The notes under the pieces are model-generated. The model had not been told where the DNA came from. It worked only from the letters and a program-made list of their open reading frames with translations, and searched no databases. From contig JBMNTS010000003.1 of NCBI GenBank assembly GCA_050945855.1, positions 8,038 through 72,037 on the forward strand: a stretch of DNA of 64,000 nt, read 5' to 3'. The translations under genes and the position numbers were made by a program. Positions 18,587 through 27,603 of the stretch are shown here, one piece after another (position 1 is the stretch's first letter; every line of letters begins with the position of its first letter). Origin of the DNA: Christensenellales bacterium (GTDB lineage: Bacteria; Bacillota; Clostridia; Christensenellales; DTU072).

Positions 18587-21500
18587 TTATTTAGCCCTTT
18601 TTATTTTTATTTCCCTTAATATAACAAAAGCGCCCGCCGCCAAAACGGTAACCACTACCGCGCCGGCAACGATTATGTTGGTAAGCAATCCGTAGGGATT
18701 GAGTTCCTTTATGGTGTCCGAGGCAAGGTCGTATTCATAGCCCTGATAATACAGGTCTTTGCCGTCAAAATACAGTTTGCCGAAAGTGGGATTGGCGAGC
18801 CCTTTGCCGTAAGCTACGGGCACGTCCTCGTTGTCTTTGTAATCGTAGTACTTGTTGCCTAAGGTGCCTAAGTTAATATACAGGGTTCCCTTATCCTTGG
18901 TGAGTTTTTGCTTGCCGGTCGCGGGCAGGTTGACGGGCTTGCCCTCTTCGTCCAGATAATAGCTTTCCGTATAAGTGTGGTCGTGTCCCTGCAACACAAG
19001 GCTTACGCCGTATTGAGGAAATACGGGGGTAAGCTGAGCGCGCAAGCCCTCCACATCGGCGTCATAGGAGTGTGAGCCTTTGGTATACGGACCCTTATGC
19101 ATTATTACCACTTTATACTCTTTATCCGCGCCCTCCAGATCGGCTATCAGCCAATTATACTGCGCCTCACCCAACTTGTTATCCTCTATATCGTTGGTGT
19201 TAAGCACGGTAAAATGCACTCCGCTGTAGTCAAAGGAGTAATACACGCCGGTAGAAGTATCCTGAGACGGATAGCTGAAGTTGTGATGCGCCACCATATA
19301 GTTGTAAGCGCTTGTCACAACCTCCGAAGAAGAGGGGACATAATCGTCGGTAGGCTCAAAAACTTTCGTTTCGTGATTGCCGGTAGTGGATACCATCGTG
19401 GTGTTTGCCCAGATAGCCTGCGGAATATCCAGATAATACCCGTATTGCTTGATATTGCTTGAGCTGTCCACGGAATCGCCCATATCTATTACGAAATCGT
19501 ATCCCAAATCAAATACCTTGTTCACGCTCGCCAGTATCTTTGCCGCCTGCCTGTATTCGGCAGCGGTATAGCCTTGCAAGTCCGAAATTAGCAGCGCCTC
19601 AAAAGGAGCGTTGTCCGCGGGCGCGGTCTTGAAGGTGTAAACGGGAGACAAATATCCGTCCTCCACGCTGCCTATCCTATAATAATAAGTGGTGCCGGGC
19701 TGCAGTCCGGTAAGGCTTATGGTATGGCGCGCCTTTTCTATGGTAGTTTTGGTAACTGCGAGCAGACCCACGTCAATAAGCGGCCTTCTCATAGCGTATA
19801 TCTCGGTATCGCCGCTCTTTACGGTAGCCTTGGCGATATCAAAAGGCTTATTGTCAAAGGGGTAGTAAGCTATCGCGGTATCCTCAATCCTGGAATCGGT
19901 AAAATACACGAAATTCTTTGCGGTTTTGGGATCGTCGCCGAAATTTACCGCAAGCATGCCGGGCAGTTTTCCGTTTTCTATGGTAGGATTGTCCGCGATC
20001 TCTTCGGTGGTAAAAGTAAACTCGTCCCCCTCCTCAAAGGTGATAAGGTTAAGCTGCTCCGGTCTGCCCTCGGGGAAAATGTCCACGGCGAAAGAATACA
20101 GAATATCCGCGCCGATATTGCCCAGTCCGGTATACAGGCTGTCCGTAATATAATCTTTTACTGCCTGGCTCAAAAAGTCGGTAAAGGTAAGCCCGTTAAG
20201 GTCAAAATCAAGGCCGATAAAGCCGATTACCTTTTCCGCAAGCAGCGCCAGATCTATGGCGGCGGGGTCAAATTTGGGATAGCCCACCAGCGTGCCTAAA
20301 GTCTTGAGCGCCTTTATTTCGCTTTGGGTCAAATCCGCGGTCAAATCAATTTTGCTGTTGAAAACCGTAAGCAAAACATTGTACAGTGAATCATCATTGT
20401 TAACCAGATAATCAACAAGTTGCTTAATGGTATCGCCGGAGCGCATATTATCAAAGCTTTCCTTTATATTGGCGGGCAACCGGTCGTAATCGGTCACATC
20501 TTCGCCTTGTACATAGGTCAGATAGCAATAGGTGACAAATTCAAAGATATTGGTTCCGTCAGAGGCGGTCTGAATATTGACCACATTGTCAACCATATCT
20601 TTAAGATAGGCAAACAACTTGTTATTGCCATCCTGAAAAGCGGGATGTTCCCCCTTGTATTGGTAGTCGGCAAGCCCTATTACTTCTATCTGATTGATAA
20701 GATTGACAATAATTTTGTCAATCATGGGAGCAATACCGGAAAGGTAAGAAGGCAGTTTATCTTTAATCCCGCCGATAAGACCCAGGATTACATCCATATC
20801 AAGATATCTGTAAGTATAATCGTCAATCACGTTGCCCAACAGTTTTGAGGAGGCATAATCGCTCATATCCGTACAAACTCTGCCGTCGAAATAACGGCTG
20901 TTGCCGCTGTCCGCCAGGTACTGCATGGGCAGATAGCCGGCATCAATAATGGAAGAAAAATCAATTTCCCTGATGACGTAACTTTGGGCATGGAATTTTT
21001 GCGTTAAGATGTCTCCCTTCGTCCCTCTTTCTATGTACGCCTTTCTGTAGCCGCCTCCGCCGGAGAACAACGAAGTGGTCTGGATATCCAGTATTCTGTT
21101 AAGATTGTAAGAGGTGTGCCCCGCGATATTATTGGCGTGAACATGTCCGGTAAAGGTGTATCTTACGCCCATATCCGCAAGGTAATCGGTGGCCGTTACG
21201 TAATTATCCAGAATAAAGCCGGTAAAAATATTGTACTCCTCGGTAAAATGCAATACGGCGGAGTGATGCATTATGGCTATGCCCGTTTTGTTTTCCAGCG
21301 AGGGGGCATGCGCGTCTATAAAATCAACGGTGGAAGCAAAAAGTCTGCCGCCCAGCAAATGTCCATCTTCCTCGTTGGAAAGCTCCTCGTCCACGGATAA
21401 GAAGAAATAATCGTTGTCGTCAATCGCAAGGTAAGACAGTTCGCCCAAAGGGAAATCCTCGTCATCCTGAATGCCGTTTTCTATATATTGCCACGCCACG

Positions 21501-22168
21501 GTAAGGTTGGGCGCCAGTGAGGAGTTGATAAAAGCGTCGCCGTCCCCCTCATAAGGCAGCAGCGTAGCGTTAAGTTCTTCCTCGGTGTAAAAAGCCAGCG
21601 CCTCTTCCTCGGAAATGTCCGGGAAGCCCAAAGAGGAGTATATAATGCTCAGGTCTTTTCTGCTTACGTTGGGCGCGTCCACTTTATCGCCGTTTGTCAG
21701 ATAACGGTATGTGCTGGGATTGTAGATGTCGTGATTGCCGAAAGCAACAAAAATCTGAAATCCGGGCTTGTCGTAATCGGCGCGGATGCGGTTCTGCAAA
21801 TCGCGCAAGGCGTTTGCCACGTCTATATGCCCCGCCCTTTCGCCGTTGTAGGTATTGTCCCCGGAAAGCACCACATAGTCCGGATTTTGCTCGTAAATCA
21901 GTTCTAACTGGTGCTTAAAAGCTGCGGAAGGCTCCGCCAGTTTGGTGCCCATATCAATATCCGCTTTGTAATCGCCCTGATAATTGGGAGAACAATGCCT
22001 TAACGGGTAATAGTGAAGGTCGGATATATGTATAATGTAAAGCTCGTCCTGTTTGACATATTCTTCAGCGGCGGCGGGCGAATATTCCAAGGAAAGAACG
22101 CCTATTACCGTAATTGAAAGAATCAAAGCAAGACATACGATAGTTTTTCTGGAAAGCAATTTTGTCAT
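18587..22168 (-). CDS. Giant cell-surface metallophosphoesterase (two calcineurin-like phosphoesterase domains, purple-acid-phosphatase-like N-terminal domain before the second, C-terminal TM anchor)
   Basis: Signal peptide KTIVCLALILSITVIGVLS. Motifs ISDLH..GDN..GNHD..HH in the N-terminal part, and ISDLQG..GDSVD..GNHE..MHKGPY..GHDH in the C-terminal part. Final TM IIVAGAVVVTVLAAGAFVIL. Confidence 0.8.
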   Translation of the reverse strand: MTKLLSRKTIVCLALILSITVIGVLSLEYSPAAAEEYVKQDELYIIHISDLHYYPLRHCSPNYQGDYKADIDMGTKLAEPSAAFKHQLELIYEQNPDYVVLSGDNTYNGERAGHIDVANALRDLQNRIRADYDKPGFQIFVAFGNHDIYNPSTYRYLTNGDKVDAPNVSRKDLSIIYSSLGFPDISEEEALAFYTEEELNATLLPYEGDGDAFINSSLAPNLTVAWQYIENGIQDDEDFPLGELSYLAIDDNDYFFLSVDEELSNEEDGHLLGGRLFASTVDFIDAHAPSLENKTGIAIMHHSAVLHFTEEYNIFTGFILDNYVTATDYLADMGVRYTFTGHVHANNIAGHTSYNLNRILDIQTTSLFSGGGGYRKAYIERGTKGDILTQKFHAQSYVIREIDFSSIIDAGYLPMQYLADSGNSRYFDGRVCTDMSDYASSKLLGNVIDDYTYRYLDMDVILGLIGGIKDKLPSYLSGIAPMIDKIIVNLINQIEVIGLADYQYKGEHPAFQDGNNKLFAYLKDMVDNVVNIQTASDGTNIFEFVTYCYLTYVQGEDVTDYDRLPANIKESFDNMRSGDTIKQLVDYLVNNDDSLYNVLLTVFNSKIDLTADLTQSEIKALKTLGTLVGYPKFDPAAIDLALLAEKVIGFIGLDFDLNGLTFTDFLSQAVKDYITDSLYTGLGNIGADILYSFAVDIFPEGRPEQLNLITFEEGDEFTFTTEEIADNPTIENGKLPGMLAVNFGDDPKTAKNFVYFTDSRIEDTAIAYYPFDNKPFDIAKATVKSGDTEIYAMRRPLIDVGLLAVTKTTIEKARHTISLTGLQPGTTYYYRIGSVEDGYLSPVYTFKTAPADNAPFEALLISDLQGYTAAEYRQAAKILASVNKVFDLGYDFVIDMGDSVDSSSNIKQYGYYLDIPQAIWANTTMVSTTGNHETKVFEPTDDYVPSSSEVVTSAYNYMVAHHNFSYPSQDTSTGVYYSFDYSGVHFTVLNTNDIEDNKLGEAQYNWLIADLEGADKEYKVVIMHKGPYTKGSHSYDADVEGLRAQLTPVFPQYGVSLVLQGHDHTYTESYYLDEEGKPVNLPATGKQKLTKDKGTLYINLGTLGNKYYDYKDNEDVPVAYGKGLANPTFGKLYFDGKDLYYQGYEYDLASDTIKELNPYGLLTNIIVAGAVVVTVLAAGAFVILREIKIKRAK

Positions 22169-22230
22169 TGTAACCTCCGGTTAACGTATATTAATGATTT
22201 TATCATACAATCAACCATATTTCAAGATGA

Positions 22231-22258
22231 TATGCAATTATATATATGCAATTATATA
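22231..22258. repeat. Perfect tandem duplication of a 14-bp AT-rich unit (TATGCAATTATATA x2) in a divergent promoter region
   Basis: Read directly. The units are 22231-22244 and 22245-22258, immediately downstream of the predicted -10 of the phosphoesterase promoter. Confidence 0.8.
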
Positions 22259-22286
22259 GTATATATCCTCTGAGGCATTAAATCAA
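22258..22286 (-). promoter_or_regulatory. Promoter TTGATT-17-TATACT (phosphoesterase operon)
   Basis: Minus-strand hexamers at 22281-22286 and 22258-22263. Confidence 0.5.
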
Positions 22287-22302
22287 GCCCTTAATCGGTC
22301 TA

Positions 22303-22331
22303 TTGACAAAGGTTTTTCGCTGTGTTAAACT
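22303..22331 (+). promoter_or_regulatory. Promoter TTGACA-17-TAAACT (lipoprotein gene)
   Basis: Hexamers at 22303-22308 and 22326-22331. Confidence 0.5.
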
Positions 22332-22373
22332 TGAACGTGAAAATGGGGAATTTTTTTATAAAAAGGAGTTGCT

Positions 22374-23549
22374 ATGTCTAAGAGAAAAGCAGCTTTCACG
22401 GCATTAATAATATTCGCGCTTGCGCTTTCCATCCTGCTTTGCTCCTGCACGCCTCCTCTTCCGCGCAAGGCGGATTTTTCCGAAGTATTATCAAATTATG
22501 AGAAAACGGAGAACAAAAAGGCGGAGGCTCTTGTAAATATCTCTTTCGACGCCAGCTTCAACTTAAACGCGGAAGGGTTTGACGGCGAATACACCATCAA
22601 GTTTGTGCAAACGGGGGAAATGGACAGAATCGCCAACGGCGGCAAGGCGGTAGCCGATTTTGATGTTTATACCGCGCCCACCGATAAGGCCAACAGCGAG
22701 CTTTCCTTAATTATTTTTGCGCTGAAAAGCAAAGGGCTTACCGATTTGGCCACAATAATCGAAGATTATTTCCACAAAAAGACTACTATGGCAAGCCTTC
22801 TTGTCGGCTATGACGGGGCGGATACCTTTAATATCAAGACAGGCTATTATCCCAAAGGCGGGCAAAGGGAATACCAGACTTTTTACGCGATAAGCCAGCA
22901 GACCATAGGCCAATATGAGGATATGCTGGGTCTGGGCGACGCAAGGACAATTTCCTTCAAGGATTTGCTGGTGACAAGCGACTTTTTGGGCTTAGCCGCC
23001 AACCCCTCCGTTATGGCCGACGATACCGCCTCCCAGCGACTGGATAAGGACGCAAACGCTTTTCTGTACTCCTTTGCGCTGAACAATGCCTTGCTGAAAG
23101 ATAATCTTATAAATATGTTTGAACAAAAAATACTTTATTACCTCTACCTGTTGGTGACCGACGAAAGCATATATGAAAGCTATAATCAAATAAAGAGTAC
23201 GGTTAAGGGGTGGTTTAACATCGAAAGTACCTCTGTCAACGCCGCAGCCAACTCCGCAGGCAATCTTTCCGCTATGAACACCGCGATTAAGCTGGCGCTG
23301 AATGTGCCCAATAAAGACCTTAAAAACGTTGTGAATATAATTATGCCGGGCAAGGGCGACGAGATTGTCGCTCTGATAAGCGATATAAGAATCGGCATCA
23401 ATATCAGCGTAAACGAAGAATATTTTTATGACGCTGACTCAATAATCCTGAGCGGATATGAGCCGGAGGGCATTTTTGAGAGCGCGGACTTGAATATTGA
23501 GGACAGAGAGGTATTGCCCTTTATTGATTTCCGGGGTACTACGGAATAA
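22374..23549 (+). CDS. Hypothetical lipoprotein
   Basis: Lipobox-like LSILLCSC after a basic N-terminus. 391 aa, no family recognised. AAGGAG RBS. Confidence 0.6.
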   Translation: MSKRKAAFTALIIFALALSILLCSCTPPLPRKADFSEVLSNYEKTENKKAEALVNISFDASFNLNAEGFDGEYTIKFVQTGEMDRIANGGKAVADFDVYTAPTDKANSELSLIIFALKSKGLTDLATIIEDYFHKKTTMASLLVGYDGADTFNIKTGYYPKGGQREYQTFYAISQQTIGQYEDMLGLGDARTISFKDLLVTSDFLGLAANPSVMADDTASQRLDKDANAFLYSFALNNALLKDNLINMFEQKILYYLYLLVTDESIYESYNQIKSTVKGWFNIESTSVNAAANSAGNLSAMNTAIKLALNVPNKDLKNVVNIIMPGKGDEIVALISDIRIGINISVNEEYFYDADSIILSGYEPEGIFESADLNIEDREVLPFIDFRGTTE

Positions 23550-23612
23550 ATCAAGCCAATATCATTTATTCAAATTTTAACTTTTAAGCCTATCATTTTT
23601 ATCCCTTAGGGC

Positions 23613-23641
23613 TTTACAACAACGCGGCTTTACATTATAAT
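23613..23641 (+). promoter_or_regulatory. Promoter TTTACA-17-TATAAT (PHP/PLC-like operon)
   Basis: Hexamers at 23613-23618 and 23636-23641. Confidence 0.55.
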
Positions 23642-23665
23642 ATACGGGATTAAGGCGGGGCGGAG

Positions 23666-24433
23666 GTGTTTTTGGTGCAACTTTTCGGGGATTACCATAC
23701 GCATACCGGCTACAGTGACGGGCGGGGCAGTATGGAAGATGTCGTGCGTGCCGCTATAGCCTGCGGGCTTAAAGAAGTGACAATAAGCGACCATAGTTTT
23801 ACTTCTCCCTCCATTGGGGCGTTGACTGTTGAAAAATACAAAAAACAACGCGAACAGCTACCCAAACTAAGAGAAAAGTATCCCCAAATAAGCATTTTGC
23901 ATTCCGTTGAGGCGAACATACTAAATTATGAAGGCACCATTGACCTGCCGGCGGAAGTGATGGGGGAGTTGGATATCATTATCGCCGGTTTTCATTTGAG
24001 CGCGTGGCCGGGGATAAAAGACTGGTACTCCTTTATCTGGAAAGGGGTCAAATCCAAGTTTATTGCGCCCTCCGCAGCGCAACGGGCAAGAAACACCGCC
24101 GCGCTTATCAATACCATCAAAAAATACGATATTGATGTTCTCGCTCATCCCGACAGCGTACTTCGGACCGATATTAAAGACGTGGCAAAGGCGTGCGCCG
24201 ATTACGGCACCCTTTTTGAGATAAACGTAAAGCATCTGGATTCCCTCTCGCCCTTATTGGAGGATATACTGAGCACGGACGTCACCCTGATTGCGAATAC
24301 GGACGCCCATTACCCCGAGAGAGTGGGGGAATTTTCCAAGGTACGCTCTTTTATCGCCGCGCATAATATAGAGCCGTCAAGAATAGCCAACTGGGAAAGC
24401 GGACCCCGCTTCCGTTCACAAAGGAGAGTATAG
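23666..24433 (+). CDS. PHP-domain phosphoesterase (histidinol-phosphatase family)
   Basis: GDYHTHTGYSDG N-terminal PHP motif, later H/D metal ligands (SDHS, GFH, AHPD, NTDAH). The exact non-ATG start near 23666-23675 is uncertain. Confidence 0.75.
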   Translation: MFLVQLFGDYHTHTGYSDGRGSMEDVVRAAIACGLKEVTISDHSFTSPSIGALTVEKYKKQREQLPKLREKYPQISILHSVEANILNYEGTIDLPAEVMGELDIIIAGFHLSAWPGIKDWYSFIWKGVKSKFIAPSAAQRARNTAALINTIKKYDIDVLAHPDSVLRTDIKDVAKACADYGTLFEINVKHLDSLSPLLEDILSTDVTLIANTDAHYPERVGEFSKVRSFIAAHNIEPSRIANWESGPRFRSQRRV

Positions 24434-24434
24434 T

Positions 24435-25358
24435 ATGCCAAATAATGTTACCCATTGTTATTTCGGAGATTTAGTCGCGCAAGACTTTCACAGCGACGCC
24501 GGGGAAGCAGTCAAAGCGCATTTGGATTTGTTTTATATGGGCGCCAACGGTCCCGATTTGTTTTTTACCTTCAGGGAACTGGGCTTCGGCATTCCCTCGC
24601 TTTCCAATCTGATGCAGTTTGTCAAGACCTATGAGGTTTTTGAGTCCGCCGTGCAATATATGCGAAAAAACCCGGAGGATACCGCCGCTTACGCATATTT
24701 TCTGGGTTTGTTTTGTCATTACGCTTTGGACAGAGTGGTGCATCCTTATGTCAACTACGCCGTGGAACAGGGCTTTTTTGCGGATTATCCCAAAAAATAT
24801 CAAAAAAGCATACACACCATAATCGAGATATATTTTGACGAATATATTATAAGGCAAAAACAAAACCTGCAACTGGTCTCCTACACCCCCGCAAAACTCG
24901 TCGCCAACTCCAAAGCGGACAGGCGCAAAATGGCGCAGATATATAACGACGTGGTATTTCCCGTTTACAACGTCCGCACTTCGGAAAAGAAAATGGCCGT
25001 ATCCGTATGGATAGTCAATTTCTTTCATAAATTATTGAATGACAAAAAGGGCCGCAAGCGCGCCTTTTACGAATTTCTGGAGAAGCCAATAGGCTACGCC
25101 AAACTCACCTGCTTCCTTAAGCCGGTGCGGGACGGGGACAGTTACGATTTTTTGAATAACGGCAGACGCCCTTTCCGCATAATACGCAACAAAAGCGAAA
25201 TGTCAACCGAAAATTTTGATGAAATGACAGAACGCGCACGCAAGCTGTGCTTAGAGCTTACAGATAAGTTTGACAAGGCATGCAAAGGCGGAGAAAGTTT
25301 GCGAAAGAAGGATTTTGCAATCAACTATGAGGGGGTTATGGACCCGCTGTTTACATAG
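24435..25358 (+). CDS. Zinc-dependent phospholipase C-like family protein (tentative)
   Basis: N-terminal THCYFG, GANGPDLFF, HYALDRVVHPYVN His/Asp pattern reminiscent of Zn_dep_PLPC. Starts 2 nt after the PHP gene stop. Confidence 0.45.
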   Translation: MPNNVTHCYFGDLVAQDFHSDAGEAVKAHLDLFYMGANGPDLFFTFRELGFGIPSLSNLMQFVKTYEVFESAVQYMRKNPEDTAAYAYFLGLFCHYALDRVVHPYVNYAVEQGFFADYPKKYQKSIHTIIEIYFDEYIIRQKQNLQLVSYTPAKLVANSKADRRKMAQIYNDVVFPVYNVRTSEKKMAVSVWIVNFFHKLLNDKKGRKRAFYEFLEKPIGYAKLTCFLKPVRDGDSYDFLNNGRRPFRIIRNKSEMSTENFDEMTERARKLCLELTDKFDKACKGGESLRKKDFAINYEGVMDPLFT

Positions 25359-25465
25359 TCCGCAAAAAATATCTTAAACTTGATAAAAAACTTAAATGTA
25401 TATATTCCATAAGTAAAACTTTTATGGTATAATAATTAAAAAGAGTAAAATGGAGGGTTTTTTAT

Positions 25466-26233
25466 ATGCAATCACCAAAAGCTCAAGCGTTTGTTAACAT
25501 GTATGCGGCAATGGGTACTTTGGAAAAGTATGTCGAACTCGACCCTAAAGCTAAAGAAATAGCGGCGCAGTTAGGTAATCTGGCTATACGTTTTAAGGTT
25601 ATGGGCGGGCCCGACGGAGTAGTGGCTTTTAAGGACGGCGCGGTCAGCGTAGCTCCTTACGACGGACAGAAAACTAATGTTGTATTGCTGTGTACGGGGC
25701 CTGAGCAATTTAACAAGGTAATAGACGGAAAGGCTATGCCCATACCCTTAAAAGGTTTGTTTAAGGTCTTAAAATTTATGGCAAAGCCCGACCAGGCTTT
25801 CAACGTGCTTGCCAATCAGATGGCGGAGACAATGAGGAAGACGGAGTTTTCCACGCAGGAGGAAAAGGCGCTTACCACAAGACTGGCTTTTTACGCTATG
25901 ACAGGGGCTCTTGCACAGTTGGCCAATGAGGACGAACTGGGGCAACTCAGCGCCTCGCATATAGCGGACGGTGAAATCAGCGTATCCATCAAGGATGACA
26001 CCTATGTCACGCTGGTCGCCAAAGACCATAAGCTTACCTGCTTAAAGAAAAAGGCGGAAGCCCCGCGCGCCTTTATGGAGTTCGGCAGTATTGATATCGC
26101 CAAAGGGCTTATAGACGGCAAACTGGACGCTATGAGCTGTATCTGTAACGGCGGGCTGACATTAAAAGGTTTTGTGCCTATGTTAGAGCAGCTTAACAAA
26201 ATTCTCAATCTGGTACCCAAGTATTTGGCATAG
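25466..26233 (+). CDS. Tandem SCP2-like (sterol-carrier-like) domain protein, paralog 1
   Basis: C-terminal FMEFGSIDIAKGLIDGKLDAMSCICNGGLTLKGFVPMLEQLNKIL matches the SCP2 fold signature. The N-terminal half has a second, weaker copy. Collinear with the ORF at 56101-56913. Confidence 0.6.
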   Translation: MQSPKAQAFVNMYAAMGTLEKYVELDPKAKEIAAQLGNLAIRFKVMGGPDGVVAFKDGAVSVAPYDGQKTNVVLLCTGPEQFNKVIDGKAMPIPLKGLFKVLKFMAKPDQAFNVLANQMAETMRKTEFSTQEEKALTTRLAFYAMTGALAQLANEDELGQLSASHIADGEISVSIKDDTYVTLVAKDHKLTCLKKKAEAPRAFMEFGSIDIAKGLIDGKLDAMSCICNGGLTLKGFVPMLEQLNKILNLVPKYLA

Positions 26234-26249
26234 AATGGAGGAGACGATA

Positions 26250-27503
26250 ATGAAAACATATACATATAACAAAAACAGAGAAATGATGCAACGCGCCCTC
26301 AAGGTTATTCCCAGCGGCGTATACGGACATCTGGGACCCGGGGAAGGGTGTATGATACCTACCGACGCATTCCCGTTTTTCGCAAGCAGGGCGGAAGGCA
26401 CTTGCTTTTGGGATCTGGACGGCAACAGGTTTATAGATTATATGTGCGCTTACGGTCCCAACATTATGGGCTACAACGATAAGGATGTGGACCAGGCCGC
26501 CCAAGAACAGTTTAAGCTGGGCAACTGCACCACCGTTCCCTCTTCCATTATGGTGGAATTCGCGGAACTGCTCACCGCCACGGTTAAAAAGGACTGGGCG
26601 TTCTTTGCCAAAAACGGCGGAGACGTCACTCTCTTTTCCACAATGATAGCGCGTTTTTACACGGGCAAAAAGAAGATTATCTTTATCAACGGCTACTATC
26701 ACGGCGTAGCGCCCTGGACGCAGAGGGCGGACAGCCCCGGCGTGCTGCCCGAAGAGTGCGTCAACTCTATCTACATTGACTTTAACGACGTTGAAGCGTT
26801 GAAGAAAGTGGTGGCGGAGGATAAGGACATTGCCTGTCTTATCGCCACTCCGTATATGCACGGCAACTTCAAAGACAACGTGCTGCCCGAAAAAGACTAC
26901 TGGAAGCAGGTGCGCGAAATCTGCACCAAAGCGGGCATAATACTTATCTTTGACGACGTTCGTTGCGGTTTCCGTCTGGATTTGGCGGGCAGCGACCATT
27001 ACTACGGCATCGAAGCGGATTTGATTTGTTTCTGCAAGGCGCTTGCCAACGGCTACAACATGTCCGCCCTTTGCGGTAAGGAATTTTTGAAGTCCGCGGT
27101 CAGCACGATAATGTACACAGGCTCTTACTGGATGAGCGCTGTGCCTTTTGCCGCCGGTATCGCCAACATCAAAAAGATGATTGCGCTAAATACCCCCAAG
27201 TTTTTGAGAGAGCAGGGGCTTAAGCTTACCAAAGGTTTCCAGAAAATAGCCAAGGAGAACGGGGTGCAGCTTTCCGTTTCCGGCGAGCCCGCGCTGTTCT
27301 ATCTCTTAATCAAGGACGACAACAGTCTGATATTGCATCAGCAATGGATTGCGGAGTGCGTCAAGCGCGGTCTTTTCCTGACCAATCACCACAACCATTT
27401 TATCAATATGGCGGTGACGGACGAGATTATCAACGAAACGCTGGATATAGCCAATGAGGCTATGAAGGTAATGGTAAAGAACAATCCGCAGGTATACAAA
27501 TAA
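26250..27503 (+). CDS. Class-III PLP aminotransferase (glutamate-1-semialdehyde aminomutase-like)
   Basis: DLDGNRFIDY, IFDDVRCGFR and ADLICFCKALANGY (PLP-Lys context). Start at MKTYTY after GGAGGAG. The track starts at 26235. Confidence 0.8.
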   Translation: MKTYTYNKNREMMQRALKVIPSGVYGHLGPGEGCMIPTDAFPFFASRAEGTCFWDLDGNRFIDYMCAYGPNIMGYNDKDVDQAAQEQFKLGNCTTVPSSIMVEFAELLTATVKKDWAFFAKNGGDVTLFSTMIARFYTGKKKIIFINGYYHGVAPWTQRADSPGVLPEECVNSIYIDFNDVEALKKVVAEDKDIACLIATPYMHGNFKDNVLPEKDYWKQVREICTKAGIILIFDDVRCGFRLDLAGSDHYYGIEADLICFCKALANGYNMSALCGKEFLKSAVSTIMYTGSYWMSAVPFAAGIANIKKMIALNTPKFLREQGLKLTKGFQKIAKENGVQLSVSGEPALFYLLIKDDNSLILHQQWIAECVKRGLFLTNHHNHFINMAVTDEIINETLDIANEAMKVMVKNNPQVYK

Positions 27504-27550
27504 CCCCTACTGCCGCCTTTCGGGGAAGCAAAAGGGATAATCAAAGACAT

Positions 27551-27577
27551 AAGGGCAAGGAATCCTTGCCCTTTTGC
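27551..27577 (+). terminator. Intrinsic terminator after the aminotransferase gene
   Basis: AAGGGCAAGG-aat-CCTTGCCCTT followed by TTG. Confidence 0.7.
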
Positions 27578-27603
27578 AAAAATAAACAAAAGGGGAAAGA
27601 TAA

